A stretch of 64,000 nt of DNA from an uncultured Acidobacteriota bacterium (GCA_963770895.1 CAVYRF010000002.1:5152001-5216000); one strand, 5' to 3'; counted from the stretch's first letter, positions 9,028-18,144 are shown. Numbers and translations are program-made. Notes: generated from the sequence alone by a model not told the origin.

Positions 9028-10043
9028 CGGGCGTCCGCGCCCACGTTCACGGCGGCGGTCGCCGCCGTCCCCGCCGCGTCCGCCGCTCCCGCCGCGCCCG
9101 CCGGTCTGTCGCGGCGGCGTAGCAGCGCCCGGCGCAGCGACCGGCGCAAGGGAAACGCCCACAGCTCCTGCGGCACGATCGGCTGGCGGGCCGTGGTCAG
9201 GCGCCCGCCCAGCCGTTGCCGCAGCGCCGCCGGGGTGCCGGTGCCAAAGCGGCGTGCCAGCTCGCGCCCAGTGACGTACTGCCGGTCCAGGTAGAGGTAG
9301 TCCGCCGCGGCGTCGGCGGCGAACCACAGCCAGTTGGCCGCCAGGTAGCTGGACGCGGTGAAGCCGACGTTGGGATCCAGGTAGGTGAGCACCAGCGCCG
9401 CCTGCGGAAAGCGCTGCCGCAGCAGCGGCAGCGCGCGGCTCCAGCAGAACGAGAAGGCGTTGCGCGGCGCCCAGCGAAAGGTGTACACGCGCGACAGCAA
9501 CAGCACGTTGTCGGGCGCCACCCCCGCCGGCAGCGCGTCGCCGTGACCGGCCAGGTCGAAGCGCGACGCCAGCAGCAGCGTCGCCGGCGGCATCCCCTGC
9601 GGCGTCCCCGCGAAGTAGAGCCCCAGCGCCGCGCCGTCGCGCGGCGTGCCGACGTAGTGGAACCGCTCGCAGACCGCGCGCGTCACGTCGGCGGGCACGT
9701 CGCGGACGCTGCTGCCGGCCGCGCCGTCGCCGCGCCCCTCATGCCAGTGGAGAAATCCCTGCTGGTCGCGGCGGATGCGCTCGAGCACTGCCCGTGCTTC
9801 GGCGGCGGCGATGCGCGGGTCGGCCAGCTCGCGGCGCGACAGCCGCGGCATCTGCTGCCGCAACCGCAGGCGCGCCAGAAACGTGTCGTCTCCCGGTTCG
9901 GCAACCAGGTCGAGCGCGCGGTCGGCCGCCAGCGCATAAGGGCTCACCGGGTGCGGCACCTGACCCTCCGCGGGCGGCGCCGGGACCGTCAGCGGCGGCC
10001 CGTCGGACGGTGGCGCTGCCCGGGTGCGGAGCGGGTTGTTCAT
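9024..10043 (-). CDS. Mom-like (GNAT-fold, adenine methylcarbamoylase-family) protein
   Basis: Motif order CERFHY...LGLY...LLLSRVY...APRNAFS...LVLTYLDPNVGFTASSYLAANW...YLYLD parallels the Mom-family pattern HY..LGL..L.R..P.N..S..SYAD...G..G..Y.A.NW. Confidence 0.65.
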   Translation of the reverse strand: MNNPLRTRAAPPSDGPPLTVPAPPAEGQVPHPVSPYALAADRALDLVAEPGDDTFLARLRLRQQMPRLSRRELADPRIAAAEARAVLERIRRDQQGFLHWHEGRGDGAAGSSVRDVPADVTRAVCERFHYVGTPRDGAALGLYFAGTPQGMPPATLLLASRFDLAGHGDALPAGVAPDNVLLLSRVYTFRWAPRNAFSFCWSRALPLLRQRFPQAALVLTYLDPNVGFTASSYLAANWLWFAADAAADYLYLDRQYVTGRELARRFGTGTPAALRQRLGGRLTTARQPIVPQELWAFPLRRSLRRALLRRRDRPAGAAGAADAAGTAATAAVNVGADAR

Positions 10044-10184
10044 GTGATGGGCGCCAGAATATCACCGGGGTACAGAGCGGTGAGGTGGCGACCGTCTCAC
10101 CAAGTTCGTGCTCACGCACTTTCTGTTGCGGAGAGCGGTCTCTCCCCATCCATTGTGTCCGCCGAGACGGACAAGGAGGAATCC

Positions 10185-10370
10185 ATGAGGAAGCACCTGC
10201 ACAAGCTCCAGCTGAACCGCGAAACTCTGCGCGGGCTCGAGGGCACCAACCTGCGCCGCGCCGCCGCCGGCGTCTACGCGAGCCTCGGCACCTGTGGCAC
10301 CCCCTGCACCGAACAGTGCACCAATCCCTGCTCCTGGACCTGCCACTACCCCTGCGGCGAGCAGCCGTAA
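10185..10370 (+). CDS. RiPP precursor peptide (class I lanthipeptide-like leader, Cys-every-fourth core), 61 aa
   Basis: Strong SD AAGGAGG before ATG 10185. Sequence MRKHLHKLQLNRETLRGLEGTNLRRAAAG-VYASLGTCGTPCTEQCTNPCSWTCHYPCGEQP, with codon usage typical of the genome. Confidence 0.85.
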   Translation: MRKHLHKLQLNRETLRGLEGTNLRRAAAGVYASLGTCGTPCTEQCTNPCSWTCHYPCGEQP

Positions 10371-10519
10371 GAGGGATCCGAGCCGCAGATCTGTCTCGGC
10401 GGAGGTTCGCCGGGCGGCCCGCGGCCGGCGGGCGGTGGGGCAGACGCTCGATCGCCACCCGGCCGCCGGCAGTTGCGGCCCAGGCGCGGGCAGGCCGGCG
10501 CGGCCGGCGCCCAGCCGCG

Positions 10520-10548
10520 TTGACAAGGGGGGGCTCGGGTCATAGCAT
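10520..10548 (+). promoter_or_regulatory. Sigma70-type promoter of the pyrR operon
   Basis: TTGACA (10520-10525), 17 bp spacer, TAGCAT (10543-10548), ending 20 nt before the pyrR ATG. Confidence 0.7.
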
Positions 10549-10568
10549 GCCGCGGACCCGGAGAGGCG

Positions 10569-11126
10569 ATGGCCCACGACCTGACGCCGAAAGCGACCAT
10601 CCTTGATGCTGAGCAGATGGCGCGCATGATTCGGCGGATGGCTGGCGAAATCAGCGAGCGCAACCGCGGTGTGTCGGACCTGCTGCTGATCGGCATCCGC
10701 ACGCGCGGAGTGCCGCTGGCCGCAGCGATCGCCGCCGAGATCGAGCACATGGAGGGGCTGAAGGTGCCCCTGGGGGTGCTCGACATCACGCTGTATCGCG
10801 ACGACCTGTCGGCGGTGGGGGCGCAGCCGCGGGTGGGAGTCAGCCGGCTGCCGCATAAGATCGACGGGCGCGTCGTGGTGCTGTGCGACGACGTGCTGTT
10901 CACCGGGCGGACGGTGCGGGCGGCGCTCGACCAGCTGCTCGACTACGGGCGGCCGCGCTCGGTGCAGCTGGCGGTGCTGATCGACCGCGGCCACCGCGAG
11001 CTGCCGATCCAGGCCGACGTGGTGGGCAAGGTGGTGCCCACGTCGCGCGACGAGGCGATCGAGGTGTGCTTCGAAGCCACCGACGGCAGCCAGCAGGTAC
11101 GCATCCTGGAGCGCGCGGCGCCGTGA
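10569..11126 (+). CDS. pyrR: PyrR bifunctional regulator / uracil phosphoribosyltransferase
   Basis: [50 protein letters not shown]. Confidence 0.96.
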   Translation: MAHDLTPKATILDAEQMARMIRRMAGEISERNRGVSDLLLIGIRTRGVPLAAAIAAEIEHMEGLKVPLGVLDITLYRDDLSAVGAQPRVGVSRLPHKIDGRVVVLCDDVLFTGRTVRAALDQLLDYGRPRSVQLAVLIDRGHRELPIQADVVGKVVPTSRDEAIEVCFEATDGSQQVRILERAAP

Positions 11127-12064
11127 GCGAGGTGCGCTGGACGCGCGAGGACCTGCTGGGAATCGCCGAGCTGTCGCCGGGCGAGATCGAGCTCATCCTG
11201 GATACCGCCGAATCGTTCCGCGAAGTGGGGGAGCGGCCGATCAAGAAGGTGCCGGCGCTGCGCGGCAAGACGGTGGTCAACCTCTTCTTCGAATCCTCGA
11301 CCCGCACGCGCTCCAGCTTCGAGATCGCCGAAAAGCGTCTGTCGGCGGACAACCTCAATTTTTCGGCTTCGGGATCGGCGCTGTCGAAGGGGGAGAGCCT
11401 GGTGGACACGGCGCTCAACCTGCAGGCGATGGCGCCCGACCTCATCGTCATCCGCCACGCCCACGCCGGGGCGCCGCACCTGCTGGCGCGCAAGCTCAAG
11501 GCGGGGGTGATCAACGCCGGCGACGGCGCGCACGAGCACCCGACGCAGGCGCTGCTGGACGCCTATACCATCCGCCGCCACAAGGGGCGGCTGGCCGGCC
11601 TCAAGGTGGCGATCATCGGCGACATCGAGCACAGCCGCGTGGTGCGGTCGAACATCCACCTGCTGACCAAGATGGGGGCGCGGGTGACGGTGGCCGGCCC
11701 GCATACGCTGATGCCGGTGGGGATCGAGCGCATGGGGGTGGCGGCGGCGTTCACCCTGGCGGACGCCATCCGCGACGCCGACGTCATCATGATGCTGCGC
11801 ATCCAGCTGGAGCGGCAGGGGCGGATGGCGTTCCCGTCGGTCAAGGAGTACTTCCAGCTGTTCGGGCTGACCACGGAACGGCTGAAGGGGGCCAGGGAGG
11901 ACGTCATCATCATGCATCCGGGCCCGATGAACCGGGGGGTGGAGATCGCCAGCGAGGTGGCCGACGGCCCCTACTCGGTGATCCTGGAGCAGGTCACCCA
12001 TGGGGTGTCGGTGCGCATGGCGGTGCTCTACCTGCTGTCCGGCGTCCACGAGGAGACCGCCTGA
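11123..12064 (+). CDS. pyrB: Aspartate carbamoyltransferase catalytic subunit
   Basis: [53 protein letters not shown] start overlaps the pyrR stop. Confidence 0.96.
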   Translation: MSEVRWTREDLLGIAELSPGEIELILDTAESFREVGERPIKKVPALRGKTVVNLFFESSTRTRSSFEIAEKRLSADNLNFSASGSALSKGESLVDTALNLQAMAPDLIVIRHAHAGAPHLLARKLKAGVINAGDGAHEHPTQALLDAYTIRRHKGRLAGLKVAIIGDIEHSRVVRSNIHLLTKMGARVTVAGPHTLMPVGIERMGVAAAFTLADAIRDADVIMMLRIQLERQGRMAFPSVKEYFQLFGLTTERLKGAREDVIIMHPGPMNRGVEIASEVADGPYSVILEQVTHGVSVRMAVLYLLSGVHEETA

Positions 12065-12065
12065 C

Positions 12066-13439
12066 ATGGCCGGCGCGCGTCTGCTGATCGCCGGCGGCCG
12101 GCTGGTCGACCCCAGCCAGGACCTGGACGGCGCCTTCGACCTGCTGATCGAGGACGGCCGCGTAGCGGAGGTCCTGCCGCGCGACGGCGACGCCCGCGGC
12201 CGCGGGCGCGGCCACGGCCGCAAGCGGGACGGCGACGACGCCGACTCCGGCGGAGGGGGCGGCGACCTGGAGCGGCTGGACGCGTCCGGCCTGGTGGTGG
12301 CGCCGGGCCTGATCGACATGCACGTGCACCTGCGCGAGCCCGGCCAGGAATACAAAGAGACGGTGGCGAGCGGCACGATGGCGGCGGCGGCCGGCGGTTT
12401 CACCGGCGTCGCCTGCATGGCCAACACCGACCCGGTCAACGACAACCGTTCGATCACCGAGCACATCCTGGCCGAGGCGCGGCGCCACGGGTACGCGCGG
12501 GTGCACCCGATCGGCGCGGTCAGCAAGCGGCTGGCGGGCGAAGAGCTGGCCGAGATCGGCGAGATGGTGCGCGGCGGCGCGGTGGCGGTTTCCGACGACG
12601 GCAAGCCGGTGATGAACGCCGAGCTGATGCGGCGGGCGCTGCTGTTCGCCCGCCACTTCGACATCCCGGTCATCCAGCACGCCGAAGACCTCAACCTGTC
12701 GGGCGCCGGCGTGATGCACGAAGGGGAGTGGTCGACGCGGCTGGGGCTGGCCGGCATTCCGGGCTCGGCCGAGGACGTCATGGTGGCGCGCGACCTGCTG
12801 CTGCTCGAAGACGGCGGCGGCCGCTATCACGTGGCGCACCTGTCCACCGCGCGCAGCCTGGAGATGGTGCGGCAGGCGCGGCGCCGCGGGTTGCCGGTCA
12901 CCTGCGAGGTGACGCCCCACCACCTGGTGCTGACCGACCAGGAGGTGGCGCGCACGGTGTTTTCGACGCAGTGCAAGATGAAGCCGCCGCTGCGCTCGGA
13001 GCACGACCGCCAGGCCCTGCTGGCCGGCCTGGCCGACGGCACGATCGATGCCATCGCCAGCGACCACGCGCCGCATCACGCCGACGAAAAGGACGTGGAA
13101 TTCGACCTGGCGCCGTTCGGCATCCTGGGGCTGGAGACGACGCTGGGGCTCTGCCTGGACCGGCTGGTGCGTCCCGGCGTGATCGGCCTGTCGCGCCTGG
13201 TCGAGCTGCTGTCGACCGGGCCGGCGCGGGTGCTCAAGCTGGCCGGCGGCACCCTGCGGCCGGGCAGCCCCGCCGACGTCACCCTCTTCGATCCTGACGG
13301 CCAGATCACGATCCAGGCCGCGTCGTTCCTCAGCCGCTCGCGCAACACCCCCTTCGACGGCTGGACCCTGCGCGGCAAGCCGGTCGCAACCCTGCTCGAC
13401 GGCCGCCCCGTCACCCTGCCCAACCGCCCACGCGCCTGA
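12066..13439 (+). CDS. pyrC: Dihydroorotase
   Basis: PGLIDMHVHLREPG, SDDG, HVAHLST, CEVTPHHL, IASDHAPH, SRNTPF. Confidence 0.95.
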   Translation: MAGARLLIAGGRLVDPSQDLDGAFDLLIEDGRVAEVLPRDGDARGRGRGHGRKRDGDDADSGGGGGDLERLDASGLVVAPGLIDMHVHLREPGQEYKETVASGTMAAAAGGFTGVACMANTDPVNDNRSITEHILAEARRHGYARVHPIGAVSKRLAGEELAEIGEMVRGGAVAVSDDGKPVMNAELMRRALLFARHFDIPVIQHAEDLNLSGAGVMHEGEWSTRLGLAGIPGSAEDVMVARDLLLLEDGGGRYHVAHLSTARSLEMVRQARRRGLPVTCEVTPHHLVLTDQEVARTVFSTQCKMKPPLRSEHDRQALLAGLADGTIDAIASDHAPHHADEKDVEFDLAPFGILGLETTLGLCLDRLVRPGVIGLSRLVELLSTGPARVLKLAGGTLRPGSPADVTLFDPDGQITIQAASFLSRSRNTPFDGWTLRGKPVATLLDGRPVTLPNRPRA

Positions 13440-13444
13440 CGCAC

Positions 13445-13492
13445 CGCGGGGGGCGGGGGCGGGTTCGGTCCCCGCGCCCCCGCTTCCCCGCG
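13445..13492 (+). terminator. GC-rich stem-loop after pyrC (possible terminator, no U-tract)
   Basis: CGCGGGGGGCGGGGGCGGG pairs imperfectly with CCCGCGCCCCCGCTTCCCCGCG around a TTCG-containing loop. Confidence 0.4.
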
Positions 13493-13672
13493 CCCACGCC
13501 CCCGGCGCCTGGCTCGATCCGCGACTGGCTGGTCGCGGCCCCGCCCAATCCGCCGGCGCTTTAGATTTTGTGTTACTATTAATTATCAATTTCACGCCTG
13601 CTTGATTGAGGCGAAGCGGGAATCCGCCAGATCCGGAAGGCGTGCTGGACGATCGGAAAAGGAGACAGCGAC

Positions 13673-14116
13673 ATGGCAACGTGTACGAGTACCGGTTTTT
13701 CGGGGACACAGGGCATGCAGTTCAGCGGTCAGAACCTTCTGCCGCAGGGCAAGATCTGCGTGCTCAGCGGCTACGTGCAGTCCGCGGCAGTGCAGACCGT
13801 AACGGTCACCAACTCGGGCGGCACCGTCGTCGCGTCCATCCAGGCCTCGGGCGGCGCGAGCGGAACGCCGGTGACGATGAGCCCCGTCAAGGGCTCGACC
13901 AACTCCTTTATCGCGGACGGCAACGTCTACACGATCACGTTCACCAACAACGGCGGCCAGACCTCGCGCGTCCTCGCCGCCAGCGACAGCCTGTCGTCCG
14001 GCACCTCGACCTTCGCCACCAGCTGGACCTTCATCACCGAAGACACGCCCAGCGGCGGCGACTGCGACTTCAACGACACCACGGCCTATCTCACCTGGAA
14101 CCTTTTCATCGGCTAG
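13673..14116 (+). CDS. PA-IIL/LecB-like calcium-dependent lectin (fucose-binding lectin II fold)
   Basis: SD AAGGAG. LPQGKICVLSGYVQSAAVQTVTV resembles LecB LPANTRFGVTAFANSSGTQTVNV. C-terminal TEDTPSGGDCDFNDTTAYLTWNLFIG resembles SEDGTDNDYNDAVVVINWPLG, including the terminal Gly. Confidence 0.7.
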   Translation: MATCTSTGFSGTQGMQFSGQNLLPQGKICVLSGYVQSAAVQTVTVTNSGGTVVASIQASGGASGTPVTMSPVKGSTNSFIADGNVYTITFTNNGGQTSRVLAASDSLSSGTSTFATSWTFITEDTPSGGDCDFNDTTAYLTWNLFIG

Positions 14117-14294
14117 GGCCGGCCCCCCTCCGGCAGGGTGCAAGCCGCCAGGGAGCGTGGTGGGTCGCCGAAGGATGGTGCAAACCTGTGAGACGGGACA
14201 ACAGGGGACGACCAACTGCCGCTCGCCGGGCTCGCCGGGCGCGCACGCCCGCCATCATCGCGCCCGGCGCGCGGCGGCATCGTTCCGGCCGTTT

Positions 14295-15188
14295 TCAGCC
14301 GCAGGGGAAGGCGCCGGTGTCCTGGATGGGCGTTGCGGCGGTGACGTCGGGATTGGTGTAGGTGCGCGTGCGGCCGCTGGTCATATCGGTCGCGGTCACG
14401 GTGAAACCGACGTTGGTGTCGGCGGAGTAGAAGACCCAATAGAAGTTGTTCACCGCGCAGCCGTTGAGCACCTTGACCAGCATTTCGGGATTGCTCTTGG
14501 CGAAGAACCACAGGATGCCGCCGCTGGTGACGCCGATGTTGGTGAGATCGACGGTGTTGGCGCTGCCGGACAGACCGCCGCTCTGGGCGGTTTTATAGGT
14601 GGCGATGATCTGGAAGCGGTTGTCGCCCTGCACGTCGCTGACGCACAGGGTGGTGCCGGCGGGGATGCAGGCGCCGGCGGGCGCCGCGGTGATGGTGACG
14701 CCGACGCTGTTGCGCGTCACGGTTGAGGTCGGCGGCGTGAAGTCCTTGGTTTCCGTGGCGGTGCAGGGGGTGGTGCCGGTGTCGAAGGTCAGGGCGTCTT
14801 CGGCGGGCCCCAGGACCGACTGCGAGAAGACGAGGGTCTGGCCGTGTGCCACCGGCGCGCCCTCGAAGTCGAAGGTCACGGCGTTGGGCACGTTGGCGGA
14901 CGTGACGTCCAGCTCCTTGGTGCGGGTTGCCACCAGCTGTCCGTCGAACGCGTCGGTGACGGCGCGCAGCGTGATGATGTAGGTGCCGACGGTCGTGGCG
15001 TAATAGGTGAGCGTCACCGTGGCCAGGTTGTCGGCGGCGTAGTTCTCCACGTAGAAACCGTGGCTGGTCGGATCGGAGGTCGTCTGGCCGCCGTTCGGAC
15101 AGCTGACGAGCGTCTGTGGCTGGGCAACAGCGGCCACGGCGGCAAGCGTCGCCATGGTGACAGCTGCGAAAAGTGTCTTGCCTCTCAT
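14295..15188 (-). CDS. Secreted beta-rich protein with Cys-flanked C-terminal domain
   Basis: SD GAGGAGG, signal peptide MRGKTLFAAVTMATLAAVAAVA, C-terminal C...TTLC...RF...LWFF..SNPEMLVKVLNGC..N..YWVF...TNV.FTVT.TD...G..RTY.NP...IQDTGAFPC. Confidence 0.8.
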   Translation of the reverse strand: MRGKTLFAAVTMATLAAVAAVAQPQTLVSCPNGGQTTSDPTSHGFYVENYAADNLATVTLTYYATTVGTYIITLRAVTDAFDGQLVATRTKELDVTSANVPNAVTFDFEGAPVAHGQTLVFSQSVLGPAEDALTFDTGTTPCTATETKDFTPPTSTVTRNSVGVTITAAPAGACIPAGTTLCVSDVQGDNRFQIIATYKTAQSGGLSGSANTVDLTNIGVTSGGILWFFAKSNPEMLVKVLNGCAVNNFYWVFYSADTNVGFTVTATDMTSGRTRTYTNPDVTAATPIQDTGAFPCG

Positions 15189-15368
15189 CTGTGATACCTC
15201 CTCGAAGAAACCGCGCGCCGTTGCCAAACGGCGGCGCAGCAACCAATTTGGTTGTAAAGACCATGAGCTATACTGCCGCGTGTGCCTTCCTTCGACGATG
15301 CAACAACGCCGAGCGGCGCGACGGTGGCGGCGGGTGCTGCCGGGCAGCATGCGGCACCTGATGGTTTG

Positions 15369-17519
15369 ATGCCGCGGCCGGCGCCGGTGGCGGGGTCGCA
15401 GCGGCGCAGGCAAGTGTGGCGCGCGCTCCAACCATGGCGCTGGCCGCGATCTCCGGCAATGCCTGGAGCGGCGGCAGCGCCGGGTGCACCGCGACCACGC
15501 TGGCGGCCGCTGACGGCGCTGCGCGGCTTCCTGGTCGTCTGCGGCCTGCTGGCGCTGTATTGCGTACCGACGCTCCTTTACTTCTACCCCGCGTGGACCA
15601 CCCTGACGCGGCGTTTGATCGGCGAGGCCGGCGACCCCACGTTCAACCTTTACGTCCTGAAGTGGGGGGCGCACCAAGTCCGTCTCGGAATGCCCGATTT
15701 TTGGAACGCCAATTTCATGTACCCGGTCCGCGGCACCCTGGCTTTTTCCGATCACCTGCTGGGGCCCGCGTTGCAGCTGGTCGTCTTGCAAAAGCTGGAC
15801 CTGGCAGCGAACGCGATTGCCGGGTACAACCTTCTGCTGGTCTCCTCGTTCGTGCTGAGCGGCGCCGCCACCTGCTGGGTGCTGCGCCGCGGCGGCCGCT
15901 CGCGCGCCGCGGCGGTCGTCGGCGGCTTGCTGTTCGCCTTTGCGCCGATGCGCTGGGCGCACCTGGACCACATCCAGATCCTGCTGGCGCAATGGGTGCC
16001 GCTGACCCTGTGGTATTGGGACCGCCTGCTGGCGCAGCCCAGCGCGCGCCGCGCCGCCTGCTTCCTGCCGTTCTACCTGCTGCACGTGACCGGCGGCTGC
16101 TACCTGGCCTACATGATCCACGTGCCGATGCTGGCGCTGGCCGTCAGCCGCCGGCCGCGCAGCGTGGCGGAGCTGCGCCGGCTGGTCGCTGGCCCCGGCC
16201 TGCGCGTGCTGCTGGCGGTGGCGCTGCCGGCGGCGGCGACGGTGTACTGGCTGTTTTCGCCTTACGTCGAGGCGGCGCGCCGCCACGGCCTGGAGCGCTC
16301 GCCTGCCGAGGTGGCGCTGTACGCGGCTTCGCTGCTGAGCTACCTCGCCCCCGCCGAATCCAACTGGTACGCCGGCGGCTGGCACCGTGTGATCGATCGC
16401 TGGCAGCTGGAGGTGAGCCTGGACGAAGGGCGCCTGTTCGCCGGCTTCGTCGCCACGGCGCTGTGCGCCTGCGGCCTGGCGCTGTGGTGGCGGCGCCACC
16501 GCCGGCGGCCCTCGCGGCCGCTGGCCGGCTGGCAGCGCGCGGTCCTGGCGGCGCTGCTGCTGGCCGCCGCCGCGGCGTTTGTGATCGGTGACGTGCGGAC
16601 GTTCGACCCCGGTGCCGCGGACACCGCGTGGAACCTGCCGGCGCTGGCTCTGGCGCTCAGCCTGGGCCTGTGGCTGGCGGCGCGGCGCCGGTGGGGCGGC
16701 GCCGGCCCCGTCGGCTGGGCGGGGATCGATCCCTGGGAGCGGGGGCTGGCCGCGGGCGGAGCGCTGTGCTTTCTGCTCTCGTTCCCGATCGTCTTCGTGC
16801 CGCTGATGGGCATCGTCCCCGGCCTGGGCGGCCTGCGCGCTCCCGGCCGCTTCTACGCCATCACCTCCTTTGTCGTGGTGTGGTTCGCCGCCGCGGGTTG
16901 CGACGCCCTGCTGGCGCGCCTTGCCGGGGCCGCGGAGCGGCGCGGCTGGGCAGGGAGCCGGCGCTTTGCCCTGCGTCTGGCGGCCGCGGCGGTCCTGGTC
17001 GTGGCGGCGCTGGTGGACCTGGCGCCCAGCGAGGTGACGACGCGGCGGCTGCGCGCCGAGCCGGATTTCCCGGCGGTCTACGCGGCGCTGCGCGCGCTGC
17101 CGGCGGACGAGGTGGGAGGCATCCTTGAGCTGCCGCGCCTGCGGCCGGTGCGCGAGACGCTCTACATGTACTACTCGACGCTGCACTGGAAGCCGATCGC
17201 CAACGGCTACAGCGGCTTTCTGCCCGAGCGATACCTGGAGCTGCGCGAACGCATCCCCCTGCTCCCCGCCGACGCCGCCGCCTTCGACCTGGTGCGCCAG
17301 TGCGGCATCACCCACCTGGTGGTGCACGCCGGCGGGCAGCCCGGCAGCCCTATCCGCGACCAGCTGCCCGCCTGGGAGCGCCGGTACCTGAACAGCGCCG
17401 TCCGGCGCCTCTACGACGACGGCGCCGACCGGATCTATCGGGTCGTCGACCCCATCCGGCCGCGCTTGCTGGCGGAGGCCGCGGCTCCTAGTGTCATCGC
17501 TTCCCTGGGCGGCCGCTAG
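15369..17519 (+). CDS. Polytopic membrane protein, YfhO/GT-C-like
   Basis: GDP.FNLYVLKW, FWNANFMYP...LAFSDHL, FAFAPMR, LRAPGRF, H.KPIANGYSGF.P and many TM segments. Start codon uncertain. Confidence 0.65.
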   Translation: MPRPAPVAGSQRRRQVWRALQPWRWPRSPAMPGAAAAPGAPRPRWRPLTALRGFLVVCGLLALYCVPTLLYFYPAWTTLTRRLIGEAGDPTFNLYVLKWGAHQVRLGMPDFWNANFMYPVRGTLAFSDHLLGPALQLVVLQKLDLAANAIAGYNLLLVSSFVLSGAATCWVLRRGGRSRAAAVVGGLLFAFAPMRWAHLDHIQILLAQWVPLTLWYWDRLLAQPSARRAACFLPFYLLHVTGGCYLAYMIHVPMLALAVSRRPRSVAELRRLVAGPGLRVLLAVALPAAATVYWLFSPYVEAARRHGLERSPAEVALYAASLLSYLAPAESNWYAGGWHRVIDRWQLEVSLDEGRLFAGFVATALCACGLALWWRRHRRRPSRPLAGWQRAVLAALLLAAAAAFVIGDVRTFDPGAADTAWNLPALALALSLGLWLAARRRWGGAGPVGWAGIDPWERGLAAGGALCFLLSFPIVFVPLMGIVPGLGGLRAPGRFYAITSFVVVWFAAAGCDALLARLAGAAERRGWAGSRRFALRLAAAAVLVVAALVDLAPSEVTTRRLRAEPDFPAVYAALRALPADEVGGILELPRLRPVRETLYMYYSTLHWKPIANGYSGFLPERYLELRERIPLLPADAAAFDLVRQCGITHLVVHAGGQPGSPIRDQLPAWERRYLNSAVRRLYDDGADRIYRVVDPIRPRLLAEAAAPSVIASLGGR

Positions 17520-17546
17520 CGGCCCCCGGCCCCCAGCCCCCTGGCC

Positions 17547-17969
17547 TCAGTCGAGGTCGAGCCAGGACCGCGTTTCTTCGGTGCGGGTGGTGGCGGTCTT
17601 GGGCCAGCTGGCGAGCCAGCTGGCGAGCTGCGGCTGGTCGGGGTCGTCGGAGCCGAGGATCTGGACGCCGACGCCTTTGGGCAGGGGCGACAGGCGGTGC
17701 CAGCGGACGACGGCCTTGACGCGGATGGCGGCGCTGCCGCGCGGGCCGGCCTGGCTGTAGATCAGCAGGTGCAGCAGGCTGCCGACCGGCGGCAGGTCGC
17801 TGGTGACGAGCAGGAGGCCGCCGGGGCCGATGTCTTCGACGATGACCAGCTGTTGATCTTCGCCGGCGGCGCCTTCGCGCTGCATGAAGGCGAGCGAGCC
17901 CCAGGCGATGGAGCGCGGCGCGGAACGGCGGCCCGGGTGCGGTTGCTGTTGCTGCTGCTGTGGTTGCAT
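17547..17969 (-). CDS. PilZ domain protein (c-di-GMP receptor-like)
   Basis: RRSAPR (RxxxR), DIGPGG (DxSxxG-like), V.AVVRW and GVGVQ. SD GGAGGAG. Confidence 0.75.
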   Translation of the reverse strand: MQPQQQQQQPHPGRRSAPRSIAWGSLAFMQREGAAGEDQQLVIVEDIGPGGLLLVTSDLPPVGSLLHLLIYSQAGPRGSAAIRVKAVVRWHRLSPLPKGVGVQILGSDDPDQPQLASWLASWPKTATTRTEETRSWLDLD

Positions 17970-18130
17970 CGAAGTCTCCTCCCAAGTCTGCGGGGCCACC
18001 GCTCTGGCGGTTGTGCCCAGCCCCCGTAGGCAGGAGCTTTGCAGGCTGACAGGCCCGATCCAATCGGACTGCGGCGCGCCCTGCCGTCCGCAATCGGCTC
18101 GACACTGGGTAGGCGCCCATCCTACACCTC

Positions 18131-18136
18131 TATAAT
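18131..18136 (+). promoter_or_regulatory. -10 box TATAAT, probable leaderless suhB transcript
   Basis: Perfect TATAAT 8 nt before ATG 18145 with no SD. Confidence 0.55.
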
Positions 18137-18144
18137 CGCTGCCC

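Noticed and set aside
9216-10184. 384-aa ORF 9216-10370 as a single gene
   Set aside because: The upstream part is antisense to the Mom-like gene; only the SD-preceded last 61 codons look real.
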